A stretch of 63,069 nt of DNA from NCBI GenBank assembly GCA_028282925.1, contig JANQGV010000260.1, positions 1-63,069 of the forward strand. The letters are read 5' to 3'. Source of the stretch: Thermodesulfobacteriota bacterium (lineage in GTDB: Bacteria > Desulfobacterota > WTBG01 > CAIYCZ01 > CAIRTM01). Below, in pieces: positions 8,626 to 18,648 of this stretch. Below the pieces are notes generated by a model. The model had not been told where the DNA came from, searched no databases, and worked only from the letters and a program-made list of their open reading frames with translations. Position 1 is the first letter of the stretch. Each line of letters begins with the position of its first letter. Made by a program: the position numbers and the translations under genes.

Positions 8626-9948
8626 TCACGAAATATCTTCAAGTGTTTCCGCCATAACGTCGGAAGGAAACATCATCATCTTACCCGCCAGTTGCTGGAG
8701 CATTTCGGGCCGCTCCTGCATGATCCGGGGCATAACCCCCTGCAGGCGCGCGCCAAGCAGGCCCACGGCGGTATACGGATTAAAGGTCGGCGGAAACGGC
8801 TCTTTCAGAAGGCTGAAAACATAGTCGATTATTTCTGGTTGCGAAAAGATATAGGCTATCCCGAAAATCGACAGATAATCCTGGTAATCGTACTGCTTGA
8901 TATAGGTATTGAGCCACCAGTCTGAATACTGGTCGACGGCCCGGGGCGGAATACCCAGTTGCTGTTCTTTAAGCGCGGTTGCAATGGCCAGGCCGCCTTT
9001 CCAGCCGGTGAGCATGGCCCCCAGGCACTCCAACTCCTGACAGGCCCCGGCATCGCCCACGATCAGCACATTATTGCGAAACGGCTTTATTATCGGAGAA
9101 AGAATCGACTCTATTGCGGCAAAATCACGGACATTCTCCGCATTTTTAAACCAGTCGGCATAGTTGGGGTGGGTGGTTATGTGCGTGTAGGCCTCCTCAA
9201 GATCAACACTGCCTTCCAGGGTCAGGATCAGAAAATTCCATTCATCATCTTCAGGCCGCGGCAACAGGAAGATATATACCGGTTTATCGTGCAAAAACGT
9301 TACGGCCGTAATAATGGAATTTTTATATGGAGGGTTAAACCCTTTAATGAAGCAGGACTTGACATACAGGTTGGCGATCAGCCGCCGATTTGTATTATAC
9401 CCCAGGGCCTCAACAACCCGTGAATTGGCCCCGTCGGCGGCGATAACGCTGGTGGCTTGAAACTGTTTGTCTCCGGCCACCACCACAACGCTTCCCGGAC
9501 CCGGCTGGAGCATGGTAAATTCCGTCTCAGGGAAAATATCAACATGGTTGCTCCGGACCTCTTCCAGGAGACACTTGAGCATGATTTCCTTGTCGTAGGA
9601 AAGAGCTATGGGAGCACCGTTTTCATCGCCGGAGCCGAACTGCAGCTTGTTCATGCCGGGAGAATGCATATGCCACGTATACAGGTTCTTGACCGCGCCG
9701 GTATACGGAAAGGACAGACCGGTGCTTGCATAGCAAAACCGTTTGTCTTTTTCATTATAGTGAAAAATATCACCGAAAAAATACTCATTGGGCGGCAGCA
9801 GCGACTGACCGCAGGTACGGCTGACACTGCTCAGGTCCTGCTTCCGGTCGATGACGGCAACATCAAACCCGTTTTGAGCAACTGCTTTGGCGGCAAGCAG
9901 GCCTGCCGGACCCGCCCCGACCACCACTACATCATATCGTTCTTTCAT
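8626..9948 (-). CDS. FAD-dependent oxidoreductase, GGR-like (paralog 2)
   Basis: Motifs RYDVVVVGAGPAGL, RTCGQSL, AADGANSRV, VGDAGAC and ERPEMLQQL. ATG at 9948 with AGGAGA RBS; the ORF-track extension to 10026 is unlikely. Confidence 0.8.
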   Translation of the reverse strand: MKERYDVVVVGAGPAGLLAAKAVAQNGFDVAVIDRKQDLSSVSRTCGQSLLPPNEYFFGDIFHYNEKDKRFCYASTGLSFPYTGAVKNLYTWHMHSPGMNKLQFGSGDENGAPIALSYDKEIMLKCLLEEVRSNHVDIFPETEFTMLQPGPGSVVVVAGDKQFQATSVIAADGANSRVVEALGYNTNRRLIANLYVKSCFIKGFNPPYKNSIITAVTFLHDKPVYIFLLPRPEDDEWNFLILTLEGSVDLEEAYTHITTHPNYADWFKNAENVRDFAAIESILSPIIKPFRNNVLIVGDAGACQELECLGAMLTGWKGGLAIATALKEQQLGIPPRAVDQYSDWWLNTYIKQYDYQDYLSIFGIAYIFSQPEIIDYVFSLLKEPFPPTFNPYTAVGLLGARLQGVMPRIMQERPEMLQQLAGKMMMFPSDVMAETLEDIS

Positions 9949-10059
9949 AACATATCTCCTTTCGTATGGACGCACCGCTGAGCGGAAACGCACGCTACGG
10001 TCTACAATTCGTATGGTTACCTGCATGCAGCCCGGTTCACTGCATACCCATCAAAACCG

Positions 10060-11415
10060 TTAATCAAACTCCCGTACCGGTGTGCATGCCTCGGTGGTGG
10101 AAGCCAGTATTTCCGACATTGGCGATGCCATCCGGGCCAGCTTGGCCATCATCTCTGGGCGTTGCTGCTGAATTGCCGGCATAACCTGCTGCATAAGGCC
10201 TCCCAGGTGCTTAATTGCGGCATAGGGATTCCAGCACGGGGGCAGCGGTTCTTTTACCAGGCTGCATAAAAAATTAAAATCCTCAGCCGTGTCCAGCACG
10301 TACGGCATGGCGAAATTCATGATATAGTCCTCGTGAGAGCAGGCGTCCAGGTAAACGGATTTCCACCAGCACACATATTCCTCAAGCGCCCGCTGCTGAA
10401 TACCACCCCCCTCTTCCTTCACCGCTGCGGCCACGGCATTGCCGGCTTTCCAGCCGCTGATCATGGCCCCCGAATTCTCAAGCTCCTGGCAGGCCCCGGT
10501 ATCGCCGGCCAGCAGCACCCTGCCGTGCAAAGGCGCCTCTATCGGGGAATACACATACTGCGCCGATGCAAGCTGCTGCAGTTTTTCAGCTTGGGAGAAC
10601 CAGGGAGCAAAAAACGGGTTGTGGCTCATGAAATAGTCGGCAACATCGTCCAGGTCTACCCTGGGATCAAGGGCCAGAAAGGCCACCGTTGCCTGACCGT
10701 CATATGGACGGGGGAAAATGAACATATACCCCGGCGCCGGGCCTTCATAGCAGATACTGGAAATCAGGATATCGCTGTCGGGAAACCGCACATTGCTCAT
10801 ATACCAGCCCTTGCACAGCAAATAGGAATAGAGTTCCCGCGATGCATTGCAGCCCAGCAGGCGGGCGATACGCGAGTTGGTCCCGTCGGCGGCAACGGCA
10901 TACCGCCCGTTAAACACTTTTCCGCTGCCGGAGACCTGCACCCCATCGGCTGTCTGCTCCACTTCGTCTACATCGATACCGGCAAAAACGTCCACCCCGG
11001 CCTGCTGCACTTCATCAAGCAAATCCTGAAAAAGTATCTGTTTGTCGTAGGCGAGGCCGACAGCGGCATGCACGCCTTTCGTGCGGTTTTCTTCCGGAAG
11101 ACCGAAAGCCAGGCGAGAACCGTCGGGAGAAAAAACATTCCAGGCATACAAGTGTTTTACCGGACCGGAATAAGGAAACGAAAGGCCGCCGGACAGAAAA
11201 GAAATCCGTTTTCCCGCCGGGTTATACTGTATCAGTTCATCGAAGTAATAATCGTTGAGTGATACCAGGGTCTGACCGCACATGCGGTCCAGTCGGGCAA
11301 TATCCGTCTTACGCTCAAGCAGCGCAACGCTGCAGCCGGCAGTGCCGGCCTGCCGTGCGGCCAGCAGTCCGGCCGGCCCGGCACCAATAACAATAACATC
11401 AAATTGTTTAGTCAT
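10060..11415 (-). CDS. FAD-dependent oxidoreductase, GGR-like (paralog 3)
   Basis: Motifs QFDVIVIGAGPAGL, RMCGQTL, AADGTNSRI, AGDTGAC and QRPEMMAKL. GYMFIFPRP resembles the GGR YxWxFP motif. Confidence 0.8.
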   Translation of the reverse strand: MTKQFDVIVIGAGPAGLLAARQAGTAGCSVALLERKTDIARLDRMCGQTLVSLNDYYFDELIQYNPAGKRISFLSGGLSFPYSGPVKHLYAWNVFSPDGSRLAFGLPEENRTKGVHAAVGLAYDKQILFQDLLDEVQQAGVDVFAGIDVDEVEQTADGVQVSGSGKVFNGRYAVAADGTNSRIARLLGCNASRELYSYLLCKGWYMSNVRFPDSDILISSICYEGPAPGYMFIFPRPYDGQATVAFLALDPRVDLDDVADYFMSHNPFFAPWFSQAEKLQQLASAQYVYSPIEAPLHGRVLLAGDTGACQELENSGAMISGWKAGNAVAAAVKEEGGGIQQRALEEYVCWWKSVYLDACSHEDYIMNFAMPYVLDTAEDFNFLCSLVKEPLPPCWNPYAAIKHLGGLMQQVMPAIQQQRPEMMAKLARMASPMSEILASTTEACTPVREFD

Positions 11416-11468
11416 CTACATCCACCATGTACGTCTTTGCGCGAGAGAGGTTGATCTCGCCGGTTTCA

Positions 11469-12827
11469 TTATGTATTGGGAAAACCACTTTCAATAATGT
11501 TCCGCATCTGTTCCTCAATGGGCATGGCACCCAGGCTTTGCAGCTTGGCGATAATATCAGGCCGCTCCCCCTGGATTTTGGGCATATTCCGCATGATGGC
11601 CGCATTGACATTGTTGAAAAGATTGTACGGATTGAGTGAACACGGCAGCGTATCAGTGACAAGGCCGTATAGATAGGTTGCCATGTCCTCTCCAACCAGA
11701 CCTGATGTCAGAACGGTCAGAAACTCGGTATAATCCATTGAATCGGTGAAGTGGTGCTTCCACCAATCGATATAATTCTGCACGCCCTCTTGGTTCGGCT
11801 TATGCTCCCGCAAGGCTTCCGACACGGCATGGGCGGCTTTCAGACCCGACATCATCGACATGGTACACTCGGCCTCCACCGTCCAGCCCGCATCGCCGGT
11901 AATCAGCACGTTGTCCTTGAACGGTGTGGGTGCCGGCGACCAGATGTTGGCGACATGGGCCTGTTTTCGTTGCAGTTCGGCATCGGCAAACCAGTTTGAA
12001 AACGAGCTGTCGGCTATGCAGCGGTCGAGTTCGGCTTTGTAATCGATGTCCGGATGAGAGGGCCCACCGGCATACACCCAGTACTCGTCCTCACCATACG
12101 GGCTGGGCTCAACCCAGATCATGATGGGATACTGGGTGGTTTTGTGAAAAAGCTGCGGAAACAGTATGGCCTCGGGGTGCGGTAGACTCAGCCCCGTCAT
12201 ATAGTAACTGACGCCGACCAGGGTGCCGAAAAATGAGCGTTCCTTATTGAGGCCGAGAAGTTTCATCATACGCGAGTTGATGCCGTCGGCCGCAATGGTA
12301 AAAACGCTCCTGAATTCATGCCCTTCCGCGGTAATGAGATGATTGACGTCGCCCTCGCGCCGGTGATCGATAACGTTTGCACCGGTGAACATCTTTACGC
12401 CGGCTGCTTCGGCATCGGCCAGCAGGTTTTCCAGCAATTCCTTCTTGCTGTAGGTAACCGAAAGACGGCCCTTATTTCCTTTTTGCACATTCGCGTCATA
12501 GTCGCCGACCTTGATATAGTGACCGGCATCCGGTGTATACACGTGCCAGGCGTAAAAGTTTTTGTATGGCCCGGTATAAGGCAATGAAAACCCGGTTACA
12601 GGAAACACCAGCCTGCCCTGCTCCTCGTTAAAGTACATCCGCTCACCGAAGTAATACTCATCTTCGATGGCAAACATCGTGGCACAGCTACGCTGAATCG
12701 CCGTAATATTTTCTTTGCGCTCCAGCAAAGCAACACTCAGCCCGTTTTCCCCTGCAATTTTTGCCGCCATCAATCCGGCCGGTCCACCTCCAACTACTGC
12801 TACATCATATACGTCCGCCATGTTCAT
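11469..12827 (-). CDS. FAD-dependent oxidoreductase, GGR-like (paralog 4)
   Basis: Motifs VYDVAVVGGGPAGL, RSCATMF, AADGINSRM, TGDAGWT and ERPDIIAKL. Confidence 0.8.
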   Translation of the reverse strand: MNMADVYDVAVVGGGPAGLMAAKIAGENGLSVALLERKENITAIQRSCATMFAIEDEYYFGERMYFNEEQGRLVFPVTGFSLPYTGPYKNFYAWHVYTPDAGHYIKVGDYDANVQKGNKGRLSVTYSKKELLENLLADAEAAGVKMFTGANVIDHRREGDVNHLITAEGHEFRSVFTIAADGINSRMMKLLGLNKERSFFGTLVGVSYYMTGLSLPHPEAILFPQLFHKTTQYPIMIWVEPSPYGEDEYWVYAGGPSHPDIDYKAELDRCIADSSFSNWFADAELQRKQAHVANIWSPAPTPFKDNVLITGDAGWTVEAECTMSMMSGLKAAHAVSEALREHKPNQEGVQNYIDWWKHHFTDSMDYTEFLTVLTSGLVGEDMATYLYGLVTDTLPCSLNPYNLFNNVNAAIMRNMPKIQGERPDIIAKLQSLGAMPIEEQMRNIIESGFPNT

Positions 12828-12932
12828 CTCCCTCGTAAACAGTGTTAAAAACGTCCAACTCTTCTTATCTAATAAAAAAAGTGCTTCATCTGCGACATCG
12901 TTGTCAACGACCGTGTACGTGTCACCGCAGCT

Positions 12933-14258
12933 TTAAACCGTTTTAAATCCCCAGCTGATCCGTTCCTTCAAATCATCGTCCATATTTTCACGCACCTTGA
13001 TCATGCGGTCCATGGTGTCCGGCCGCTCATCATAAATACGTGTCAGCAAATCGGCATAGGTTTTACCGATGCAATTCACCACTCTAAAGATATCCATGGT
13101 CTGGGGGAACTCCTCATCGGGCAGTCCGGCCAGGTAGTCGATATCCTCCGGGGTCAGGTACTGGGTGAAATCGCGGCCGCCCTGTTTGCGTTTGCCGAAC
13201 GGACCATAATAGTGCTCCTCATACCAGTCAAGATACTCGCGCAGGCCTTCCTCGTGAATGGCCCCTTCGTTGAGGGCCCGGGCAACAACCGTGCCGGCCT
13301 TCCAGCCGGAACACAACGAACCCACATTACTCATTTCCCGCCGCCAGCATGCATCACCGATAAACAGAATGTTGTCCTGATAAGGGTTTTCCAAAGGGCT
13401 CATGAGGGTGACGACACAGGCGGTCCGGTGTTCGAGCACCCGTGAATTCCGGTACCAGGCGGAAAAGGTCGGGTCTTCATGTATAAAATAGTGCATGAGT
13501 TCCGGCGGTTTCAGGTCCCGGCGATACGTGGAGGCATATATGTGATAGCAGTTCTTTTCAGCCACCGGTATCATCGAATAGATACTTTTGGGGGTGATCA
13601 TAAAGAGGAATCCGTCGGGGTCGGGACATTCCGTTCCTTCCACCATGACCGACACATCCCGGGTCGTTCCGTAAAATTCACGCGCTTTATTGAGCCCCAT
13701 GGCACGGGCTATTCGTGAGTTGATGCCGTCGGCCGCAACAAGAAATGTCCCGAATAGTTCCCGGCCGTCGTCACACACCGCTACGGCTCCCCCCGGTTCC
13801 TTTCGCACGGAAGAAATATTTGTATTCGGAAATACGGAAACGCCGCTCTTTTCGGCTGCTTCAAGCAACCCCCGCAGCAGTTGTTCTTTACTGACCGACA
13901 CACCCAGCCTGTTTTTTGCGGGGTCTTTTCGCAGCTCCCCGAAATTACCGAACTCCAGACGATTTCCTCCGGGAGAGTAAATCTGGAAACCGAACACATC
14001 CTGGTGAGGGCCGTCATACGCTATGTGTGTGCCCAGTTTTTCAAAAGTAATTTCATGACGGTTTTCATCAAACCGGACAATTTCATCGTAGGTCGGCTCA
14101 TTCACATTGAGCACTCCGCCGCATGACCGGTGAATCTTGGGGATATCTTTCTTGCGCTCCACCAGCGCTACCCGCACTCCCTCTTCTCCCAGGGCTTTGG
14201 CCGCCATGAGGCCCGCAGGCCCGGCCCCCACTATCACAACATCATATTTCGACGTCAT
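12933..14258 (-). CDS. FAD-dependent oxidoreductase, GGR-like (paralog 5)
   Basis: Motifs KYDVVIVGAGPAGL, RSCGGVL (closest to the GGR CGG motif), AADGINSRI, IGDACW and ERPDTMDRM. ATG at 14258 with AAGGAGGG RBS. Confidence 0.8.
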   Translation of the reverse strand: MTSKYDVVIVGAGPAGLMAAKALGEEGVRVALVERKKDIPKIHRSCGGVLNVNEPTYDEIVRFDENRHEITFEKLGTHIAYDGPHQDVFGFQIYSPGGNRLEFGNFGELRKDPAKNRLGVSVSKEQLLRGLLEAAEKSGVSVFPNTNISSVRKEPGGAVAVCDDGRELFGTFLVAADGINSRIARAMGLNKAREFYGTTRDVSVMVEGTECPDPDGFLFMITPKSIYSMIPVAEKNCYHIYASTYRRDLKPPELMHYFIHEDPTFSAWYRNSRVLEHRTACVVTLMSPLENPYQDNILFIGDACWRREMSNVGSLCSGWKAGTVVARALNEGAIHEEGLREYLDWYEEHYYGPFGKRKQGGRDFTQYLTPEDIDYLAGLPDEEFPQTMDIFRVVNCIGKTYADLLTRIYDERPDTMDRMIKVRENMDDDLKERISWGFKTV

Positions 14259-14318
14259 TCGAATCCCTCCTTCATCTATGGGTAAACAATTCCGTCTGGG
14301 AACAACCACTGCATAACG

Positions 14319-14771
14319 TTATTTGACTTCATCACTGAACGCTTTGTCCATTATCTGACAAACGGTACTTAACGAAGTCAGCAGGCGTTTACGGTCCCGT
14401 TCATTCAGCTTGGCAAACAACTCACGCGCGATCTCCTGCCGTTCAGACAAAAAGTCTGCCCGCAGTTTCTTCCCCTTGGGCGTCAGCCACACGATAACCT
14501 TGCGACGGTCATGCTCGTCGCGGTCGCGCTCTACGATACCTTCCTGCAAAAGACCGTCGATCATCATGGTCATATTGGGCAGTTTTACCCCGATGTTATA
14601 TGCCAGTTCTTTCATGGACAGCCGGTCCCTGTCGCGAAAAGCATAGAGCGCCTTGATTTGCGAAAGTTTCAAATCGGTTTTCACCTTCGGATTACCGTCT
14701 ATGATCCGGCGTGAATACACTTGTCCGAAATTACGCAACAGGCTCAAATAATTTAAAAGCTCCTTTTCCAT
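14319..14771 (-). CDS. MarR-family transcriptional regulator
   Basis: Segment LSMKELAYNIGVKLPNMTMMIDGLLQEGIVERDRDEHDRRKVIVWLTPKG. Its ATG is only 7 nt after the stop of the upstream GGR-like gene. Confidence 0.85.
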   Translation of the reverse strand: MEKELLNYLSLLRNFGQVYSRRIIDGNPKVKTDLKLSQIKALYAFRDRDRLSMKELAYNIGVKLPNMTMMIDGLLQEGIVERDRDEHDRRKVIVWLTPKGKKLRADFLSERQEIARELFAKLNERDRKRLLTSLSTVCQIMDKAFSDEVK

Positions 14772-14778
14772 GTACCTC

Positions 14779-16107
14779 TCATCTGTATGCAGGAAAGCCT
14801 GCTCGAGTTGCGGGTTTCATCATCGGCACCGCCCGGTCGGGTGAAAACTGCTTGAGTTTGGCGGCAAGCCGGGGCTGCTCCTTTTGTATACGCTCCATAT
14901 GGGGTTTCAGCCCCTGCATAATATGCCCATACAGATTAAACGGGTTCAGCGACCAGAACAGCGGTTGTGTTATCAGTTGATGTACATAATTCAACTCGTC
15001 TTCGGTAAATATCCTGAAGAAAACCGCATAGCAGAGAAAATCCTGATAATTGTGGGTTCCCGGGAAATGGATCCGCCACCAGGAAATGTAATCCATAACC
15101 CCTTCCCGATCGGCCGTGCCGGAGTGCAGGGCTTTACAGACCGCCATGGCCGCCTTGTGCCCGGAAAGAAGCGCGCCGGTATTTTCGGCTTCGGCAAACC
15201 AGCAACTGTCGCCCACAAACAGGATATTATCTTTAAACGGTTCCCGAGCCGGCCCCCAGGCACTGATAACCGCACAGCGTTTGTGCCCGACCTCGACACC
15301 GGAGAACCATTTCCGAAACGTGCTTTTGCGGGTAAAGTAGTCAAGCTTTTCGTCCCCGCCGATGTACAGCCAGTACTCATCCTCATGGTACACGCTGGGC
15401 AGCATGCAAAAGTGTACCGTCCCCAGCCCCCCGTCATCAAAACAGTTGCCCATGCATATCATTTCGGAACGATCAAACGAAACGCCGCTAACATAGTAAC
15501 TGGTCGAACCGGCGGTGAATAAAAAGGTCCTCTCTTCATTCAAACCGCTCAGCCTCGCCAGGCGCGAGTTGATACCATCGGCGGCGATACAAAAGGTACC
15601 GGTGCAGGTATCACCTTCACTGGTCTTAATGGTAACACCACCCCGGTCGCTGCTCACGGTTGTTACATTTCGTTCCAGGAAGAAATCCACACCCGCCGCC
15701 AGTCCGCCGTCATACAGTCCGCGCAACAGGGCGCCTTTATCGAATACCACTGCCGCGGTACCGCCGTCGGATGCGTTTTTTTCATAGTCGCCGATTTCAA
15801 TGCGGTCTTCGGCGTTCGGGGCGATAAAATGACACCCGTAGAACTCCCGGTAGTCCCCGCCGTAGTCAACGGTGAAATTGTTCACAGGGAATACCCATTT
15901 CCGTTGCTCACGCGAAAAATACATCCGCTCGTTATAAAACGAGTCCATATTCATCAAAAACATCTGGGCGCAGGCACGCTGGATCTTCGCCGGGTCGGTT
16001 TTGCGCTCGAACAAGGCAACGCGCAATCCGTTTTCCGCCGCTGTTTTGGCTGCCTCAAGACCGGACGGCCCGCCTCCCACAACAATAAGGTCATATTTCT
16101 TCGTCAT
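14779..16107 (-). CDS. FAD-dependent oxidoreductase, GGR-like (paralog 6)
   Basis: Motifs KYDLIVVGGGPSGL, RACAQMF, AADGINSRL, VGDSCWF and EQPRLAAKL. I chose the ATG at 16107; the ORF-track start at 16116 is a GTG. Confidence 0.8.
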   Translation of the reverse strand: MTKKYDLIVVGGGPSGLEAAKTAAENGLRVALFERKTDPAKIQRACAQMFLMNMDSFYNERMYFSREQRKWVFPVNNFTVDYGGDYREFYGCHFIAPNAEDRIEIGDYEKNASDGGTAAVVFDKGALLRGLYDGGLAAGVDFFLERNVTTVSSDRGGVTIKTSEGDTCTGTFCIAADGINSRLARLSGLNEERTFLFTAGSTSYYVSGVSFDRSEMICMGNCFDDGGLGTVHFCMLPSVYHEDEYWLYIGGDEKLDYFTRKSTFRKWFSGVEVGHKRCAVISAWGPAREPFKDNILFVGDSCWFAEAENTGALLSGHKAAMAVCKALHSGTADREGVMDYISWWRIHFPGTHNYQDFLCYAVFFRIFTEDELNYVHQLITQPLFWSLNPFNLYGHIMQGLKPHMERIQKEQPRLAAKLKQFSPDRAVPMMKPATRAGFPAYR

Positions 16108-16161
16108 GGAAATCACTCACAACCGTATAGTGTTTATTCACCGTCAGTCACGTTTCAGGCC

Positions 16162-17487
16162 CTACCTGTTCGGAAATCCCATCCGGGCTGCAGGCTTAAT
16201 CAGGTCCAAAACCAGTTCGGGACGAAACATGCCGATTTTCTTTGCAAGCGCGGGGCGCTCCCTGCCGACCTGTTGCATGTGCGGTTGCAAACCACGCATA
16301 ATGCGGTCGTACAGTTTGAATGGATTCAGGGTCCATGGAAGCGTCGCCTTCACAAGGCCGTGCAGATAGTTGTACTCTTCCTCATTAAACATCCGGTTAA
16401 ACAGCGGGTAACACAGAAAATCGCGGTAATCATGGGTTTCGGTCCAGTTTTGCCGCCACCAGGATATATACCCCTCCACACCGTTTCGGTCCGGCAAACC
16501 CCGGTGCAGTGCTTCGCTTACGGCGCAGGCAGCCCGGTGTCCCGAGAGCAGCGCGCCTGAGTTTTCCGCTTCCGAAAACCAGCAACTGTCACCCACAAAC
16601 AGGATATTCTCCTTGAACGGCTCCCTGGCCGGGCTCCAGTTGTTCACCACGTTTACCCGGGTATGGGTAATTTCCAGGTCTGGAAACCAGTGCCGAAACG
16701 AACTTTCCCGGGTGAGAAAACGAAACTGCTCATCCCCGCTCACAAACAGCCAGTATTCATCGTCACGATACACACTGGGCAGCAGGCAGAACGGCACCGG
16801 ACCGAGACCGCCCCGGTCCCAGCTCATGCCGAGGAAGATTGCTTCCGAACGGTCAAAGGAGATTCCGGTGACATAGTGACTGATTGATTTACGGGTATTG
16901 ATAAATCGGCGCTCCCGGTTCAGCCCGGACACTTGTGCCAGGCGGGAATTTATACCATCGGCTGCGATGCAGAAGGTGCCGCGCAAATGGTCCCCTTCGG
17001 CGGTCTTCACGCTGACCCCGCCGTTTTCCCTGCTGGCGGAAACAACATTCCGCTCAAGAAAAAAGTCGACTCCGGCCCGTTCACCCTCTGAGAACAACCC
17101 TCCGAGCAATACGCCTTTATCAAAAACAACAGCGGCCGTGCCATGGCCGGATGCGTTCTTTTCGTAATCGCCGATCTCGATGCGGTCCTCGGCATTGGGG
17201 GAGATAAAATGACAGGCGTAAAAGTCGCGGTACGGCCCGTTGTAGTCGACGGTAAAATTGTTGACGGGGAAGACCCACTTGCCCTTGTTCGGTGCAAAAT
17301 ACATCCGCTCGTTATAAAACGAGTCCATGTTCATTAAAAACATCTGGGCGCAGGAACGCTGAATTTTTGCCGGATCGGTCTTGCGCTCCAGCAACGCTAC
17401 CCGCAGCCCGTTCATGGCCGCGGTCTTTGCCGCCTCGAGCCCGGCCGGCCCGCCTCCCACAACAATCACATCATACACGGCACTCAT
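16162..17487 (-). CDS. FAD-dependent oxidoreductase, GGR-like (paralog 7)
   Basis: Motifs VYDVIVVGGGPAGL, RSCAQMF, AADGINSRL, VGDSCWF and ERPALAKKI. About 75-80% identical to paralog 6 by hand alignment. Confidence 0.8.
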   Translation of the reverse strand: MSAVYDVIVVGGGPAGLEAAKTAAMNGLRVALLERKTDPAKIQRSCAQMFLMNMDSFYNERMYFAPNKGKWVFPVNNFTVDYNGPYRDFYACHFISPNAEDRIEIGDYEKNASGHGTAAVVFDKGVLLGGLFSEGERAGVDFFLERNVVSASRENGGVSVKTAEGDHLRGTFCIAADGINSRLAQVSGLNRERRFINTRKSISHYVTGISFDRSEAIFLGMSWDRGGLGPVPFCLLPSVYRDDEYWLFVSGDEQFRFLTRESSFRHWFPDLEITHTRVNVVNNWSPAREPFKENILFVGDSCWFSEAENSGALLSGHRAACAVSEALHRGLPDRNGVEGYISWWRQNWTETHDYRDFLCYPLFNRMFNEEEYNYLHGLVKATLPWTLNPFKLYDRIMRGLQPHMQQVGRERPALAKKIGMFRPELVLDLIKPAARMGFPNR

Positions 17488-17543
17488 AATCCCTCATCAT
17501 AAATCAGTAACGAGCAGATGACCTTTTTTCTTTGTCGTCGGAT

Positions 17544-18614
17544 TTAAAAATCCGCAAGTCCGAACTCCTCCATATCATACCTGAAGCCCGAAAGCAGATC
17601 CCATGCCCTTCCGCCGCTCTCAGTCCGGGCAATTGCGCCCTGGGCACCGACGATCAATCCGTGCTGCTCATTATTAAAAGCCACTTCGCGCAGCCAGAAT
17701 TTCGTCTTTATCAATCCGTCCCTGACCGACCAGGTTTCGCCGCCGTTGTCTGATTGCAGATATACTCCCTTGTTTCCCACAATCCAGCCCCGATTGCCCT
17801 GTACCGCCAGCGAATACAACGGCTTATCCGTACCTGATTCGATTTTTTCCCAGTTGACACCTCCGTCAACAGTCTTGAGGATGACCCCGTCCATCCCCAC
17901 AATCCAGCCCCGTCTGCGATCGAGAAAATACAAACCGTATAAAGCCGGCAGCGGGCGCTCCCATTCAAATGCACCGGCCTGCGGCACAATATCCCGGCAC
18001 TCCTGGGGAGTCCAGGTTGCGCCATCGTCGGTTGTGTGCAATATGGTACCGAACTCTCCCACGATCCAGCCGAATGACTCGTCGACAAAAAACACATCAT
18101 TATAGAGCGTGTCCTGGGGCTCTCGCTGCTCGGACCAGGTAGAACCCCCGTCCGCGGTATGAATAACGGTACCGAATTCTCCTACCGCCCACCCTTTCTT
18201 TGCATCGAGAAAGAACAGATCCAGAATATTACTGTCGGTCCCGGTGTTCTGCTCCTGCCAGGTAGTACCGCCGTCAACGGTGTGCACGACCCTGCCGCCT
18301 ACCCCGCCGGCCCATCCCCGCTGCCGGTCTACAAAGGTAATCGTGCACAGCAAAAAATCAGATATACCGCTTTTTTGCGGCTGCCAGTTTTTGCCCCTGT
18401 CGGCACTGAACAAAATAGTCCCGTAATTTCCACAGACCCAGATATGCTCGGCATCTACATAGGCAATGCTGTGCAGATTTTCCGTGGTCACAAAATCAAA
18501 TTCGGGCATTTTGATCTTGGAACGGTCGAATTTCCCGCAGCCGGTCATACACATTATGGCCTGAAAAGCCAGGACCCAGCCGATAGCCGCGAAGAGGTTG
18601 TTGTACTTTATCAT
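17544..18614 (-). CDS. BNR/Asp-box repeat lipoprotein, Ycf48/HCF136-like beta-propeller
   Basis: Seven (D/S/N)GGxTW-like repeats: DRGKNW, DGGTTW, DGGSTW, DDGATW, DGGVNW, NGGETW, SGGRAW. The signal MIKYNNLFAAIGWVLAFQAIMCMTGC carries a Cys lipobox. ATG at 18614. Confidence 0.75.
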   Translation of the reverse strand: MIKYNNLFAAIGWVLAFQAIMCMTGCGKFDRSKIKMPEFDFVTTENLHSIAYVDAEHIWVCGNYGTILFSADRGKNWQPQKSGISDFLLCTITFVDRQRGWAGGVGGRVVHTVDGGTTWQEQNTGTDSNILDLFFLDAKKGWAVGEFGTVIHTADGGSTWSEQREPQDTLYNDVFFVDESFGWIVGEFGTILHTTDDGATWTPQECRDIVPQAGAFEWERPLPALYGLYFLDRRRGWIVGMDGVILKTVDGGVNWEKIESGTDKPLYSLAVQGNRGWIVGNKGVYLQSDNGGETWSVRDGLIKTKFWLREVAFNNEQHGLIVGAQGAIARTESGGRAWDLLSGFRYDMEEFGLADF

Positions 18615-18648
18615 ATGGCTACTTTCCACGTTGCGGTCGCGCATATAA

